A stretch of 64,000 bases of DNA, taken from the IMG/VR virus record IMGVR_UViG_3300015609_000147; one strand, written 5' to 3'. The number at the start of each line of letters is the position of its first letter. The stretch's first letter is position 1. The notes under the pieces are model-generated. The model ran no database searches, had not been told where the DNA came from, and was given only the letters and a program-made list of their open reading frames with translations. This document shows, piece after piece, positions 50,469-60,460 of this stretch. A program made the translations under genes and the position numbers. Origin of the DNA: an uncultured virus (IMG/VR IMGVR_UViG_3300015609_000147). Lineage: Duplodnaviria; Heunggongvirae; Uroviricota; Caudoviricetes.

Positions 50469-50509
50469 TACTGTATATTTAAACAGTAGAACACTGTATA
50501 TTCCACCAG
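50469..50509. promoter_or_regulatory. Two LexA (SOS) boxes
   Basis: TA-CTGT-ATATTTAA-ACAG-TA (core 50471..50486) and CTGT-ATATTCCA-CCAG (50494..50509). Confidence 0.85.
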
Positions 50510-50564
50510 CATCAGAGACACCAAGGGCCCAGGGATGAACAGCAGCAATCAGACAGAGGATCCA

Positions 50565-50717
50565 ATGCCTACGGCGGCGGCCATGCGGGACATTTATGCA
50601 ACGATGGTTGCCCTGGATGCCCTACTGCAGGCCGCCCAGACCACCCCGGTGCCTGCCTGCCATGTGCGGCAGCTGCTGCAGCCTGCACTCAGAACGCTGG
50701 ACCGCGCCACCAGCTGA
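50565..50717 (+). CDS. Small SOS-regulated helical protein (possibly DUF1484-like)
   Basis: AGAGGA RBS before MPTAAAMRD; alternative start 50535; lies between LexA boxes and a terminator. Confidence 0.6.
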   Translation: MPTAAAMRDIYATMVALDALLQAAQTTPVPACHVRQLLQPALRTLDRATS

Positions 50718-50727
50718 ATGTCCCAAG

Positions 50728-50757
50728 AAAAAAGGGCCTGCGTGCAGGCCCCTTTGC
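50728..50757. terminator. Bidirectional terminator-like hairpin
   Basis: A tract, GGGCCTGC-GT-GCAGGCCC, CTTT, between convergent genes. Confidence 0.7.
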
Positions 50758-50772
50758 TTCGTCGATTTCCGG

Positions 50773-51810
50773 CTACACCAGCCCTTGCTGCGCAGGCTCC
50801 ACGCTGGGCAGCATGTAGGGGTCGAAGCGACAGACCTCCTCCCCCATCCATTCATTGATAGTCTGCGCAAAGTAGGTTTGCAGCGGCTGGATTTCGTGGC
50901 GTGCGAACACCCGCGCAGCGTTGATCACGTCACCGAATCCGCCCGCGTTGGCTGGAACCACCCCGATGAGCTGCGGCGGCACGCGATGGGCCGCAAGCTG
51001 GTCATCGCGGCTCACGTTCTTGATGTTGAAAAATTCGTCCTTGGCTGCGGCTTCGCCGATGGGCAGCAGCTGGATGGCCTTGTCTTTTCCGCCTGGCGAA
51101 TGGAAGAACAGATTGCGGAAATTGCCCATGCCCTTCGAGGATTTCAGGGCCTGGCGCAGCGCGTCCACATCGTCCTTTGCCACTTCGGGATCGCTCAGAT
51201 ACAGGATGTAGCCGGCGTGGCTCCCGTTGTTGTAATACCGACGGCGAAACAGCGTGGCGGACTCATTGAGCCATGCCGATTGCAGGGCGGCCAGGTACTG
51301 GGGCAGGCCATAGATTTCCTGGTGCACGTCGGGCTCGAGCAGGTGGCATATGCTGCCATTGGAAAAGATGTGCTCGCTTTGCCAGGAGCGCACGAAACCG
51401 AAGCGCCGCAGATCACGATGGCGCCGGGTGTACTTGGCCAGGGCATGGCGCAGCGGCATGGCACCGCCGAGCCGGTTTAGCGGCCGCTCCAGATAACCAT
51501 TGCCGAACACCTGAAAATCCAGTGCAGCCCATTGCAGCGTGGCGCGACTGAGCAGGGGATGCGGGCGCAGCGTGCTGGCCAGCACCTGGGCCTTGAAGTG
51601 GATGGCGCTGGCGTGGTGCGTGGATGCGCGCAGGGAGCGCGCCAGGCCGTCGAAGCTGATGGGCGTTTCGTACCAATCCCCATTGAGCCAGCATTCCACA
51701 TAGTCCAAGATTTCGCGCCGGTCCAGCACGGCCTCGGGATCGCCAAAAGAGAAGGCCTCGGCCGTCGCCGGCGCCGTCAGGGTGCCCGCTGGGGCTGTGG
51801 TGTCTGTCAT
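50773..51810 (-). CDS. P2 gpQ portal (PBSX family)
   Basis: QEIYGLPQYL, FRRRYYNNGSHAG, AAHRVPP. Confidence 0.95.
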   Translation of the reverse strand: MTDTTAPAGTLTAPATAEAFSFGDPEAVLDRREILDYVECWLNGDWYETPISFDGLARSLRASTHHASAIHFKAQVLASTLRPHPLLSRATLQWAALDFQVFGNGYLERPLNRLGGAMPLRHALAKYTRRHRDLRRFGFVRSWQSEHIFSNGSICHLLEPDVHQEIYGLPQYLAALQSAWLNESATLFRRRYYNNGSHAGYILYLSDPEVAKDDVDALRQALKSSKGMGNFRNLFFHSPGGKDKAIQLLPIGEAAAKDEFFNIKNVSRDDQLAAHRVPPQLIGVVPANAGGFGDVINAARVFARHEIQPLQTYFAQTINEWMGEEVCRFDPYMLPSVEPAQQGLV

Positions 51811-53660
51811 CCGTAAATCTCCAATGTCGTGCGACTGGTCACGCCGCCCACGGCGACGGCCTCAAGCGGCTCGTTTTCCATTGCATTCATGCAGGCCCAT
51901 GCCAGGTCCGCGTGGCCGGTTTCGTTACTGCGGCCGGCCGTGTAGGTCACGCTCTTGCCCGATTCCGTCATCTCCCGCTTGATGGCCATGAAACTGCGCT
52001 GCAGGTCCACATCGCCGGAATCGAACTCGAAACGGCCCGCGCGCATGAGGCTTTGGGCCTTCATCACAAGGCGCGACTTCAGTTCCACGCTGTATTGCAA
52101 GGCCTTCACGCTCGGGAAGAATTTCTTGACGATCTGATGCACGCCGTGGCCCAGTCCCGTTGCATCCAGCCCGATATGCACCACGTTGTATTTCTCCGTC
52201 ATCAGCCGGATTTGCTCTGCCTGGTCCTCGAAGTCCGAACCCTTGAACTGCATGCGCTCCAGCACGCGAAACTTGCCGCCGGGCTTTTCTGGCGGCGCCA
52301 GGACAACCAGCCCCGCGGAGTCCCGCGAAAGGCTCGGGTCATAGCCAATCCACACGGGTTTGCGGCCGAACGGGCGCAGGGCGAAGGGCTTGAAGTCCTG
52401 CCACGCATCCCAGCTGTCCGCGTGGCAGCGCATCAGCGTGGACAGTGGGAACACGGCGAACGTGTCATCGACAAACCCGCACATGAGCAGGTTGTCCCAT
52501 TCCTCGTCCGAATACTCGAAGCGCAGCTCATCGAGGTCGAACAGGTTGCAGCCGCCGCGCTGGGCATCCAGCACCGTCACGATTTGGCGCCATATCAGGT
52601 CTTCGCCGGTGAAGCCGCCAGCCAGGTGCGAATGGCTCAGATCCAGCTCGATACGGTCTTTCTTGGCGCGCTTCTTGTTGATGCGCTCGGCGCTCCACAG
52701 GGCATAGGCCTGGTGTTGCAGGCTGCTGGGCGTGGAAAACAGGGTCTTGCGCCAGTGCTTGTGAATGGCCATCCCGCTGGCCACCTTCCACAGCTCCGTG
52801 AAGTTGTTGACCCAAAAGAATTCATCGAAATAGAGGTTGCCGTGATACGACTGCGCGGTGCGCGCGCTCGTGCCCAGGAAATACAGCGTGGCGCCGTTGC
52901 TCAAGACAATGGGATCGCCCTTCAAATCGATATCGCAATGCTCTTTTGCGAACGCGATGATGTACTGCCGAAAAACATGGGCCTGCGCGCGGCTGGCGGA
53001 TAGAAAAATCTGATTGCGGCCCGTCTGCAGGGCATCAATCAAGGCCTCCCGGGCGAAGTACCACGTTGCACCGATCTGGCGGGATTTGAGGATGGCGCGC
53101 GTGCGCTGCTGGATCTGCTCCCACCATGTTTTCTGGTAGTTGAAAAGCGAATCCAGAAAGGCCTGCGTGATCTTGTCCACATCCTCGGACGTGAAGTGGT
53201 TGCGCTCGGGCTGCTTCTTCGGCCCGGCATTGCGGCGCTCGATGGCCGGATTCAGATCCGTTTCGCGCCCCGTGCGTTCGTACTTGTGCACGCGCGCCAG
53301 GCGCTCCATGGCACGCCCCAGCGCGTCGATTTCCTTGTAATCGCCGCCGTTCTTGCCCTCCTTGTGGATGAGGGTGCACATGCGCATTTCCAGCGAGCCC
53401 TCGACACGCTCCACGGGCTTGGCCGCGTCCCAGCCATCGGCCTTTTTCCAGTCGTGCAGCGTGGTGCGCGCAATGCCCAGGTGCTCGGCGATGTGGGTGA
53501 TCCGCCAGCCCATCCAGTACAGCGCGCGGGACTGGCGCCGCTGGCCGGCCTCGCCGTCTGCCGTCAGGTCATGCAGCAGCTGCACCTGATCGCCGGGCGG
53601 GGCTTCGGGGGGATTGGAAAAGGGGGTTGCAGGCCTCTTGCGGCGCACGGCAGAAGTCAT
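51807..53660 (-). CDS. P2 gpP terminase ATPase subunit
   Basis: LKSRQIGATWYFA, YFDEFFW, GHADLAWA. Confidence 0.95.
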   Translation of the reverse strand: MTSAVRRKRPATPFSNPPEAPPGDQVQLLHDLTADGEAGQRRQSRALYWMGWRITHIAEHLGIARTTLHDWKKADGWDAAKPVERVEGSLEMRMCTLIHKEGKNGGDYKEIDALGRAMERLARVHKYERTGRETDLNPAIERRNAGPKKQPERNHFTSEDVDKITQAFLDSLFNYQKTWWEQIQQRTRAILKSRQIGATWYFAREALIDALQTGRNQIFLSASRAQAHVFRQYIIAFAKEHCDIDLKGDPIVLSNGATLYFLGTSARTAQSYHGNLYFDEFFWVNNFTELWKVASGMAIHKHWRKTLFSTPSSLQHQAYALWSAERINKKRAKKDRIELDLSHSHLAGGFTGEDLIWRQIVTVLDAQRGGCNLFDLDELRFEYSDEEWDNLLMCGFVDDTFAVFPLSTLMRCHADSWDAWQDFKPFALRPFGRKPVWIGYDPSLSRDSAGLVVLAPPEKPGGKFRVLERMQFKGSDFEDQAEQIRLMTEKYNVVHIGLDATGLGHGVHQIVKKFFPSVKALQYSVELKSRLVMKAQSLMRAGRFEFDSGDVDLQRSFMAIKREMTESGKSVTYTAGRSNETGHADLAWACMNAMENEPLEAVAVGGVTSRTTLEIYG

Positions 53661-53817
53661 GCCATCGAGTGTCGGCATGCCCTCGCGCGCGCGCATCACC
53701 TTTGCCCGCTGCAAGGCTCTCGCACCGGGCATTCAGTTGGACGCCTACGCGGCGCGGCGGGAGCATAGAGGCATCCCCAAACGGGGCCGATCAACACCAT
53801 CCACCGAACTGCAGCAC

Positions 53818-54651
53818 ATGCCCACCAAGTCCAAATGGTTCTGTGTGGCCACCGAAGGCGCCACCACCGACGGCCGCGAAATCACGCGCGCCGAAATCCA
53901 GCAGATGGCCGCCAGCTACGACCGCGAAAAGACCTACGGCGCGCGGGTCTGGCTGGAGCACTACCGGGGCACCGTGCCCGGTGGGCCGTTCGACGCCCTG
54001 GGCGATGTGCTGGCCCTGAAGGCCGAAGAAAACGGCGACAAGAAGCTGCAGCTGTTCGCGCAGATCGAGCCGCTGCAGGGCCTCATCGAGATGAACAAGA
54101 AGGGGCAGAAGATTTTCAGCTCCATCGAAATCCACCCCAGCTTCCCCAAGACGGGCGGCGCCTACTTCTTTGGCCTGGCCGTCACCGATAGCCCCGCCTC
54201 GCTCAGCACCGAGGTGCTGAAGTTCTCGGCCGGCGATCTGGCGAAAAGCCCGTTTGTCGGTCGCAAGGTGGACCAGGCGCTGATGTTCTCGGCGGCCGAA
54301 CCTGCGGAGCTGGTGTTTGAAGAGACGCCGACTGGTGGCGAAAGCGGCGCCGTGCAAGCAGTGGTTGGCGCCTTCACCAAGGTGCTGGAACGCTTCATGC
54401 CGCAGCCCGAGAAAAAGCCCGAGCCTGTGCAGTTGCACAGCGTGGACCCGGACAAGGTGCTGGAGGCCTTTACCGGAATCGGCAAGGTGCTCGAAGGCAT
54501 GGCGAAAAAGCAGGACGAGGTGGCCAGCCAATTCGCCCAACTGCAAACCCAGCACACCGACCTGGTGAAAAAGCTCAGCCAGGAAGAGCAGCCCGGCCAG
54601 CAACGCCCGCCCGCCACGGGCGGCAATGGTGCGGAACTCGTGGACTACTGA
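53818..54651 (+). CDS. P2 gpO capsid scaffold
   Basis: ATEGATTDGR, GLAVTDSPAS, RPPATGG. Confidence 0.95.
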   Translation: MPTKSKWFCVATEGATTDGREITRAEIQQMAASYDREKTYGARVWLEHYRGTVPGGPFDALGDVLALKAEENGDKKLQLFAQIEPLQGLIEMNKKGQKIFSSIEIHPSFPKTGGAYFFGLAVTDSPASLSTEVLKFSAGDLAKSPFVGRKVDQALMFSAAEPAELVFEETPTGGESGAVQAVVGAFTKVLERFMPQPEKKPEPVQLHSVDPDKVLEAFTGIGKVLEGMAKKQDEVASQFAQLQTQHTDLVKKLSQEEQPGQQRPPATGGNGAELVDY

Positions 54652-54704
54652 CCTGGTGCCACGCAACACAAGACCACCACCACACGCGAAATAGGAAACA
54701 GATC

Positions 54705-55718
54705 ATGCGCAACGAAACCCGCGTCCTCTTCAATGGCTACATGGGCCAGCAGTCCCGCATCAATGGCGTGGACAACGTCGCCAGCAAATTCAACGTTGCG
54801 CCATCGGTGCAACAGAAGCTGGAAACCAAGATTCAGGAAAGCAGCGAATTTCTGAAGCGGATCAACGTGATAGGCGTGGCTGAAATGAAGGGCGAAAAGC
54901 TGGGCCTCGGCATCGGCGGGACCATTGCCAGCCGCACCGACACCAAGGACACCGCCGAGCGAAAAACCGTGGATCCCACCGGCCTGGAAAAGGACGACTA
55001 CGAGTGCAAGCAAACCAACTACGACACCCACATTCGCTATGCCACGCTGGATGCATGGGCGAAGTTCAAGGACTTTCAGGCGCGAGTTAGCGGCCAAGTC
55101 CTGGTGCGCGGTGCGCTGGATCGCATCACCATCGGATGGCACGGCACCAGTGCCGCAGAAACCACGGACCGCGTGGCAAACCCACTGCTGCAGGACGTGA
55201 ATATAGGGTGGCTGGAAAAGCTGCGCACCCGTGCCGCCAGCCGCGTGATGAAGCAAGGCGACAAGGTGGCCGGCAAGGTCATGGTGGGCGCAGGCGGCGA
55301 CTATGCCCACCTGGATGCCCTGGTGTACGACGCTCACAAAACGCTGATGGATCCATGGTTTCAGGACGATCCGCAGCTGGTGGCGCTCGTGGGCCGCGAC
55401 ATCATGCACGACAAGCTTTTCCCCCTGGTGGAGAAGAACGACGCGCCTACCGAGCGCCTTGCCGCCGATATCGTGGTGAGCCAGCGCCGCCTGGGTGGCC
55501 TGCAGGCCATGGTGGTGCCCTACTTCCCGGCCGGAAAGATCCTCGTCACACGCTTGGACAACCTGTCCGTCTACTACCAGGACGGCGCCCGCCGCCGTGC
55601 CGTGGTGGACGCCCCGAAGCGTGATCGCATCGAGTTCTACGAAAGCTCCAACGACTGCTTTGTGGTCGAGGACTACGGCCTGTGCGCCATGGTGGAAAAC
55701 ATCGAACTCGTCGCCTGA
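54705..55718 (+). CDS. P2 gpN major capsid protein
   Basis: MRNETR, NPLLQDVNIGWL. Confidence 0.97.
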   Translation: MRNETRVLFNGYMGQQSRINGVDNVASKFNVAPSVQQKLETKIQESSEFLKRINVIGVAEMKGEKLGLGIGGTIASRTDTKDTAERKTVDPTGLEKDDYECKQTNYDTHIRYATLDAWAKFKDFQARVSGQVLVRGALDRITIGWHGTSAAETTDRVANPLLQDVNIGWLEKLRTRAASRVMKQGDKVAGKVMVGAGGDYAHLDALVYDAHKTLMDPWFQDDPQLVALVGRDIMHDKLFPLVEKNDAPTERLAADIVVSQRRLGGLQAMVVPYFPAGKILVTRLDNLSVYYQDGARRRAVVDAPKRDRIEFYESSNDCFVVEDYGLCAMVENIELVA

Positions 55719-55789
55719 GCGACTGAGCCAAGACACAAGGCCGCGACAGCCGAATGGCGGCGGCCAACAACTCAAGGCACCACTGAACC

Positions 55790-56509
55790 ATGGCCCAAAC
55801 ACCCGCACAACGGCACCGCGCGCGCGTCCTGGCCGCAGAGCATGCAGCGAAGGCCGCCGCCACCGACCCCCATGGCCCCATGCAAGGCAGCGAACACCAG
55901 CTCATGCTGGCCACGCTGCACGCCCACAAGGCCACGCTGAAGACCATCAAGGCCGTCGAAAACAAGATCGCGGCCAAGGCCAAATTCCTGCCCGACTTCG
56001 ACGCCTACCTCGACGGCGTGCTGCAGGCCGATGCCGGCGCCCAGGATCCCGTGCTGGTGGAAATCTTCGTCTGGCACATGGACGTGGGCCACTGGCCACG
56101 CGCCCTGGAGCTGGCCGACTACGCGCTGCGCCACAGCCTGAAGATGCCCGACCAGTACAACCGCGATCTGCCGGCCGTGCTGATGGAGGAATCGGCTGAT
56201 GCCGCCATCGCCGGAAAGCTCACCGGCCCGGATGCCCTGGCGACGCTGGCCAGGGTGGACATGCTCACCACCGGCCTGGATATCCACGACCAGGTGCGCG
56301 CCAAGCTGCACAAGGCAATCGGCTGGGCCGCCATGGGCAAGACCACCACCACCGATGTGGACCCCAAACAGCTGGAGCTGCAGCCTGTGCAAATCGCGCT
56401 GGAGCACCTGGCGCGCGCCGTCACCTTGTTTGAAAAGGTGGGGGTGAAAAAAGACGTGGAGCGATTGGAGCGCCGCTTGATCGAGCTGCAATCCGACGCT
56501 CCCACCTGA
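55790..56509 (+). CDS. P2 gpM terminase subunit
   Basis: TPAQRHR, DQVRAKLHKAIG, GVKKDVERLER. Confidence 0.93.
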   Translation: MAQTPAQRHRARVLAAEHAAKAAATDPHGPMQGSEHQLMLATLHAHKATLKTIKAVENKIAAKAKFLPDFDAYLDGVLQADAGAQDPVLVEIFVWHMDVGHWPRALELADYALRHSLKMPDQYNRDLPAVLMEESADAAIAGKLTGPDALATLARVDMLTTGLDIHDQVRAKLHKAIGWAAMGKTTTTDVDPKQLELQPVQIALEHLARAVTLFEKVGVKKDVERLERRLIELQSDAPT

Positions 56510-56616
56510 GCGCACCCCGCGCCCGGGCGGCCCTGTGGCCACGGCCATCTGGCCCAGCCACGCACTGACCAACGCCGCAGACCACCGCCCACCTACAACC
56601 CCCACCGCTGCCCGCC

Positions 56617-57102
56617 ATGTCCTTCATCGCCACCGCCAACCCGCCCGCATCGACCGCCGAGCCCACCGTGACCAATGACGGATGGTTCCCGGACATGTCG
56701 CCCGCCGCTGTGCGCGATGCCTGCCGCCTCGATGGCACCGCTACCAGCCACCGCCTGCTGCCCGCGCTCAAGGCCGCCATGCTCAGCGTCAATGACGAGC
56801 TGGCCGAATGGGCGGACGAGCAGCGCAGCCGCTGGGGCTATGCGCAGCTCGCCGACGTGCCCGCACCGCAGGTGGGTGGCGAAAGCGCCAAGCTGCTGCA
56901 CTACCGCCGCGCCGTCCACGAATGCCTGCAGGCCGACCTGCAAGAGGCCTACCGCGAAAGCGCGGCCACCAAGGTGGGCGGCGGCGGCGAGGAGGCCGTG
57001 CGCGAGGCCCTGGCCGCCAAGGTGGACTATCACCGCAAGAACCAGCGTTGGGCCATCTCCGACCTGCTGGGCCGTGCCCGCTGCACCGTGGAACTGCTGT
57101 AG
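56617..57102 (+). CDS. P2 gpL head completion protein
   Basis: NDGWFPD, YRRAV, RWAISDLLG. Confidence 0.93.
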   Translation: MSFIATANPPASTAEPTVTNDGWFPDMSPAAVRDACRLDGTATSHRLLPALKAAMLSVNDELAEWADEQRSRWGYAQLADVPAPQVGGESAKLLHYRRAVHECLQADLQEAYRESAATKVGGGGEEAVREALAAKVDYHRKNQRWAISDLLGRARCTVELL

Positions 57103-57104
57103 CC

Positions 57105-57335
57105 ATGGCCACCACCGCAAGCACCACCCCCACCACCACCGTGCGCGCCCGCGAGCACGACACGCTGGACGCCCTGTGCCACCGCCACCTGGGCCGCACG
57201 GCCGGCACCGTCGAGGCCACGCTGGCCGCCCACCCGGGCCTGGCCAAGCGCGCCGCAGGCCTGGGAGCGGGTGAGCCCGTCGAACTCGTGGCCGCGCCCG
57301 CGCCGGCGCGCCCCATGATCCAACTGTGGGACTGA
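57105..57335 (+). CDS. P2 gpX tail protein
   Basis: DTLDALCHRHLGRT...QLWD. Confidence 0.9.
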   Translation: MATTASTTPTTTVRAREHDTLDALCHRHLGRTAGTVEATLAAHPGLAKRAAGLGAGEPVELVAAPAPARPMIQLWD

Positions 57336-57338
57336 CCA

Positions 57339-57590
57339 ATGGACCGCGAAACCATCCTCAAAGCCGCCGCCGTCGAAGGCGCCAAGGCGGCGCCCCCGGT
57401 CACCGTCGTGGCCACCAACCTGGCCAACGGCTGGACCATGACCCACACCGTGACCGCGCTCACCATCCTCTACCTGCTGCTGCAGGCCGCGTATCTCGTG
57501 TGGCGCTGGAGCAATGAGCGCGAGGACCGCCGCGCAAAGCAGGCACGCGATGCCATCGACCAGGCCGAGGCCTGCAAGGTGCGGCCATGA
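57339..57590 (+). CDS. Putative holin
   Basis: 83 aa with TM, between X and lysozyme. Confidence 0.75.
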   Translation: MDRETILKAAAVEGAKAAPPVTVVATNLANGWTMTHTVTALTILYLLLQAAYLVWRWSNEREDRRAKQARDAIDQAEACKVRP

Positions 57591-58171
57591 GCGGCCAGCG
57601 CATCCCCGCCAAGCTGCTGGGCATCGGTGCGGCCATCGTCACCGCCTGGATGGCGGCCGAGGGTTTCAGCTCGGCGCCCATCATCCCCGTGCTGGGCGAC
57701 GTGCCCACCATCGGCCACGGCGCCACGCACTACGAGGACGGCACGCGCGTGGCCATGGCAGATCCGCCCATCAGCCGCGAGCGCGCCCGCCAGCTGGCCA
57801 CCAACCTGCTGGAAGCCCAATACGGCAGCTGTGTGCGCGACTCCCTGGGCGACACGCCCATGCACGCCGCCGAATTCGCCCAGGCCGTGGACTTCGCGGG
57901 GCAGTATGGCTGTGGCGCCTGGCGCGGCTCCAGCATGCTGGCGCGCACCCGGGCCGGCGACTATGCCGGCGCCTGCCAGGCCTATCTGGCCTATCGCTAC
58001 ATGACCAGCGCGCGCCAGGAGGCCGCAGGCTGGAGCGCCTACCAGTGGGACAGCGCAGGCCGGCCGCGCCGCTGGCGATTCGATTGCAGCACCCCGGGCA
58101 ATCGCGTGTGCCGTGGCGTCTGGACCCGGCAGCTCGCGCGGCACAGCGCCTGCATGGAGGCCCAGCCATGA
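57587..58171 (+). CDS. GH24 lysozyme, probable SAR endolysin
   Basis: E-x8-D-x2-T region AEGF...GDVPTIGHG preceded by a weakly hydrophobic N-terminal helix. Confidence 0.88.
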   Translation: MSGQRIPAKLLGIGAAIVTAWMAAEGFSSAPIIPVLGDVPTIGHGATHYEDGTRVAMADPPISRERARQLATNLLEAQYGSCVRDSLGDTPMHAAEFAQAVDFAGQYGCGAWRGSSMLARTRAGDYAGACQAYLAYRYMTSARQEAAGWSAYQWDSAGRPRRWRFDCSTPGNRVCRGVWTRQLARHSACMEAQP

Positions 58172-58764
58172 CGGCCCCCGCCCACCGCCTGCGCGGCATC
58201 ATCGCCGCCCACATCCTGGTGCCCGCTGCGCTGCTGCTGGTCCTGCTGCTGGTCCTGCTGGTGGCCACCTTCTATGCGGGCGTGTTCCACGAGGGCCGCC
58301 GCGCCGCCAAGGCCCAGCAAACCGCCCTGCAGGCCCAGCAGCGCAAGGCCGACCAGGCCGTGGACAAGCTGCGCGCCGAACGCGACGACACAGAGCGCGA
58401 CTTGCGAAGGCAGATCGCCACCCAGAAAGACCAGCTCGAAACCACCCAGGGAGCCGCCAATGCATCTCACCAAACTCTTGCCGCTGGCCTGCGCGCTGGC
58501 ACTGTCCGCGTGCGCGTCCCCGTCGTCCCTGCAGTGCCCGCCAGCTGTGGACCTGCGCAACGCGGCACCGCCCAGGATGGAGCCGCTGGGCCTGAAACCG
58601 CGCACGCCCAACTTGACCCAACGGCAGCGGCAGATCTTGCCGATATCGCCCACGACGGAGACCAAGGCATCCGGGAGCTGAATCACTGCATCGACCGGTA
58701 CGAGCTGATGCGCAAGACCCTGGACATATGGACCGAGCGGGTGCTGCCCGGCATCGGGGGCTGA
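58168..58764 (+). CDS. Rz-like i-spanin
   Basis: N-terminal TM, coiled coil, GTVRVRVP, GD.GIRELN.C. Confidence 0.85.
   Translation: MTAPAHRLRGIIAAHILVPAALLLVLLLVLLVATFYAGVFHEGRRAAKAQQTALQAQQRKADQAVDKLRAERDDTERDLRRQIATQKDQLETTQGAANASHQTLAAGLRAGTVRVRVPVVPAVPASCGPAQRGTAQDGAAGPETAHAQLDPTAAADLADIAHDGDQGIRELNHCIDRYELMRKTLDIWTERVLPGIGG
58460..58681 (+). CDS. Rz1-like o-spanin embedded in Rz
   Basis: Lipobox LSAC, Pro-rich. Confidence 0.8.
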   Translation: MHLTKLLPLACALALSACASPSSLQCPPAVDLRNAAPPRMEPLGLKPRTPNLTQRQRQILPISPTTETKASGS

Positions 58765-58765
58765 C

Positions 58766-59305
58766 ATGCTCAAGCTGCAAAGCCTGCGCGACTTCCTGGC
58801 CCAGTGCGCGCCCGACCTCGCGCGCAACCCCGAAGATTTCATCGTCTACGGCGACGACGGCCGGCTTGTGGCCTCGGGCACGCCCTCGCTGTCCTTCGAG
58901 TACCGTTACACGGCCTATGTCACCCTGCTGGGTTATGCGGGCCACCCGGACGCCATCATGGTGCCGCTGCTGGCCTGGTGCCAGGTCAACCAGCCCGAGC
59001 TGCTGGACAACCCCGACAAGCGAGAGAACGCCATCCGCTTTGCCGTCGCGCCGCAAAGCCGGAACACCTACGATCTGGGGATAGAGATCGACCTCACAGA
59101 GCGCGCCATCGTCAAGCCCGACCCCGACCACGACACGCGCCTGCGCATCACCCACCCACCGGAACCCGGCCATGTGGGCCTGCAGCGATTCGATGGCCAG
59201 GACGTGCTGCAGCGTGAAACCTGGGAGCTGTGGCTGCGCGACGAGCAGCTGCTGGCAAAATGGGAATTTCTGCCTCCCATCTGGCGCCAACGCATGCCGC
59301 TGTAA
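58766..59305 (+). CDS. P2 gpR tail completion protein
   Basis: MLKLQSLR, SLSFEYRY, NQPELL, LTER. Confidence 0.9.
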   Translation: MLKLQSLRDFLAQCAPDLARNPEDFIVYGDDGRLVASGTPSLSFEYRYTAYVTLLGYAGHPDAIMVPLLAWCQVNQPELLDNPDKRENAIRFAVAPQSRNTYDLGIEIDLTERAIVKPDPDHDTRLRITHPPEPGHVGLQRFDGQDVLQRETWELWLRDEQLLAKWEFLPPIWRQRMPL

Positions 59306-59308
59306 ACC

Positions 59309-59779
59309 ATGGCCCAAGACCTCAAGGCCCTGGAGGACTGGGCCGGCGCCTTCCTCGAAAAGCTCAGCCCGCCCCAGCGCAAGCGCCTGGCCGCGCTGAT
59401 GGCCCGCCACCTGCGCACCAGCAACACGCGCCGCATGACGCAGCAGCAGGCCCCGGACGGCGCGCGCTGGGAGCCGCGCAAGCCGGCCCCCGCGCCCAAG
59501 GGCCGGCGCAAGCCCCGCTTTGAACCCAAGACCGGCCCCATGATGGCCAAGCTCAAGCGCGCCAAGTCGCTGCAGGCCAAGGGCCAGGCCGACGGCGCCG
59601 TGGTCGAATTCCTGGGCCGCGCCCAGCGCGTGGCCCGCGTCCACCACTTCGGCGAAGCCGATGACGTCAACCCCGGCCGGGGGCCGCGCTACGACTACCC
59701 GGCGCGCGAACTGCTGGGCTTTGCCGGCGACGACCTGGACAAGCTGCGCTCCCTGCTGCTGCAGCACCTGGACCTCTGA
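59309..59779 (+). CDS. P2 gpS virion morphogenesis protein
   Basis: QQAPDG..WEPRK, ARVHHFG, YPARELLG. Confidence 0.92.
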   Translation: MAQDLKALEDWAGAFLEKLSPPQRKRLAALMARHLRTSNTRRMTQQQAPDGARWEPRKPAPAPKGRRKPRFEPKTGPMMAKLKRAKSLQAKGQADGAVVEFLGRAQRVARVHHFGEADDVNPGRGPRYDYPARELLGFAGDDLDKLRSLLLQHLDL

Positions 59780-59860
59780 CCCCCCGGCAAATCGGGTTAG
59801 ACCGCCTCGCACCGGCCCCGCTGCTGGCCTTCGCGCACGCGCGTGGCCACCATCGAGGGC

Positions 59861-60460
59861 ATGGAATCGCCCATTGCACAAACCGAATCGCCCTACGAGG
59901 CCGCACGCCGCACAGAGAACCTGATACGGCGCGGCACCGTGGCCGCCGTGCGCCTGGGCAAGCCGGCGCGCGTGCGCGTCAAGACCGGCGACAACACCAC
60001 CGACTGGCTCCCCTGGCTGGCCCTGCGCGCGGGCGGTGCCCAGGGCGGCCGGCACTGGCACCCGCCCGTGGTGGGCGAGCAGGCTGTGGTGCTGTCCCAG
60101 GGCGGCGACCTGGCCCAGGGCGTGGTCCTGCTGGGCCTGTACTCCGATGCCATGGAGCAGCCCAGCGAACAGGCCGACTGCGAGCGCCTGGAATGGGCCG
60201 AGGACAACTACCTGCAATGGCTGCGCGGCGCCCTGGAAATCCTGTGCCTTGAGTCCATCACGCTGGACGTGGGGCAGGGCCAGTGCCGCCTGCGCATGAC
60301 GCCCGACAGCCTGCACATCAACGTGGGCGGCGCCACGCTCAGCATGACGGCCGGGGGCATCACCACCAACGTGGATATCGGGGCCAAGGGCATCAGCCTT
60401 ACGCGCCACCGCCACAGCGGCGTGGAGCCCGGCCCCGCCAACACGGGGGGGCCACTCTGA
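59861..60460 (+). CDS. P2 gpV baseplate spike
   Basis: ENLIRRG, TDWLPW, PVVGEQ, HRH iron-binding tip. Confidence 0.92.
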   Translation: MESPIAQTESPYEAARRTENLIRRGTVAAVRLGKPARVRVKTGDNTTDWLPWLALRAGGAQGGRHWHPPVVGEQAVVLSQGGDLAQGVVLLGLYSDAMEQPSEQADCERLEWAEDNYLQWLRGALEILCLESITLDVGQGQCRLRMTPDSLHINVGGATLSMTAGGITTNVDIGAKGISLTRHRHSGVEPGPANTGGPL

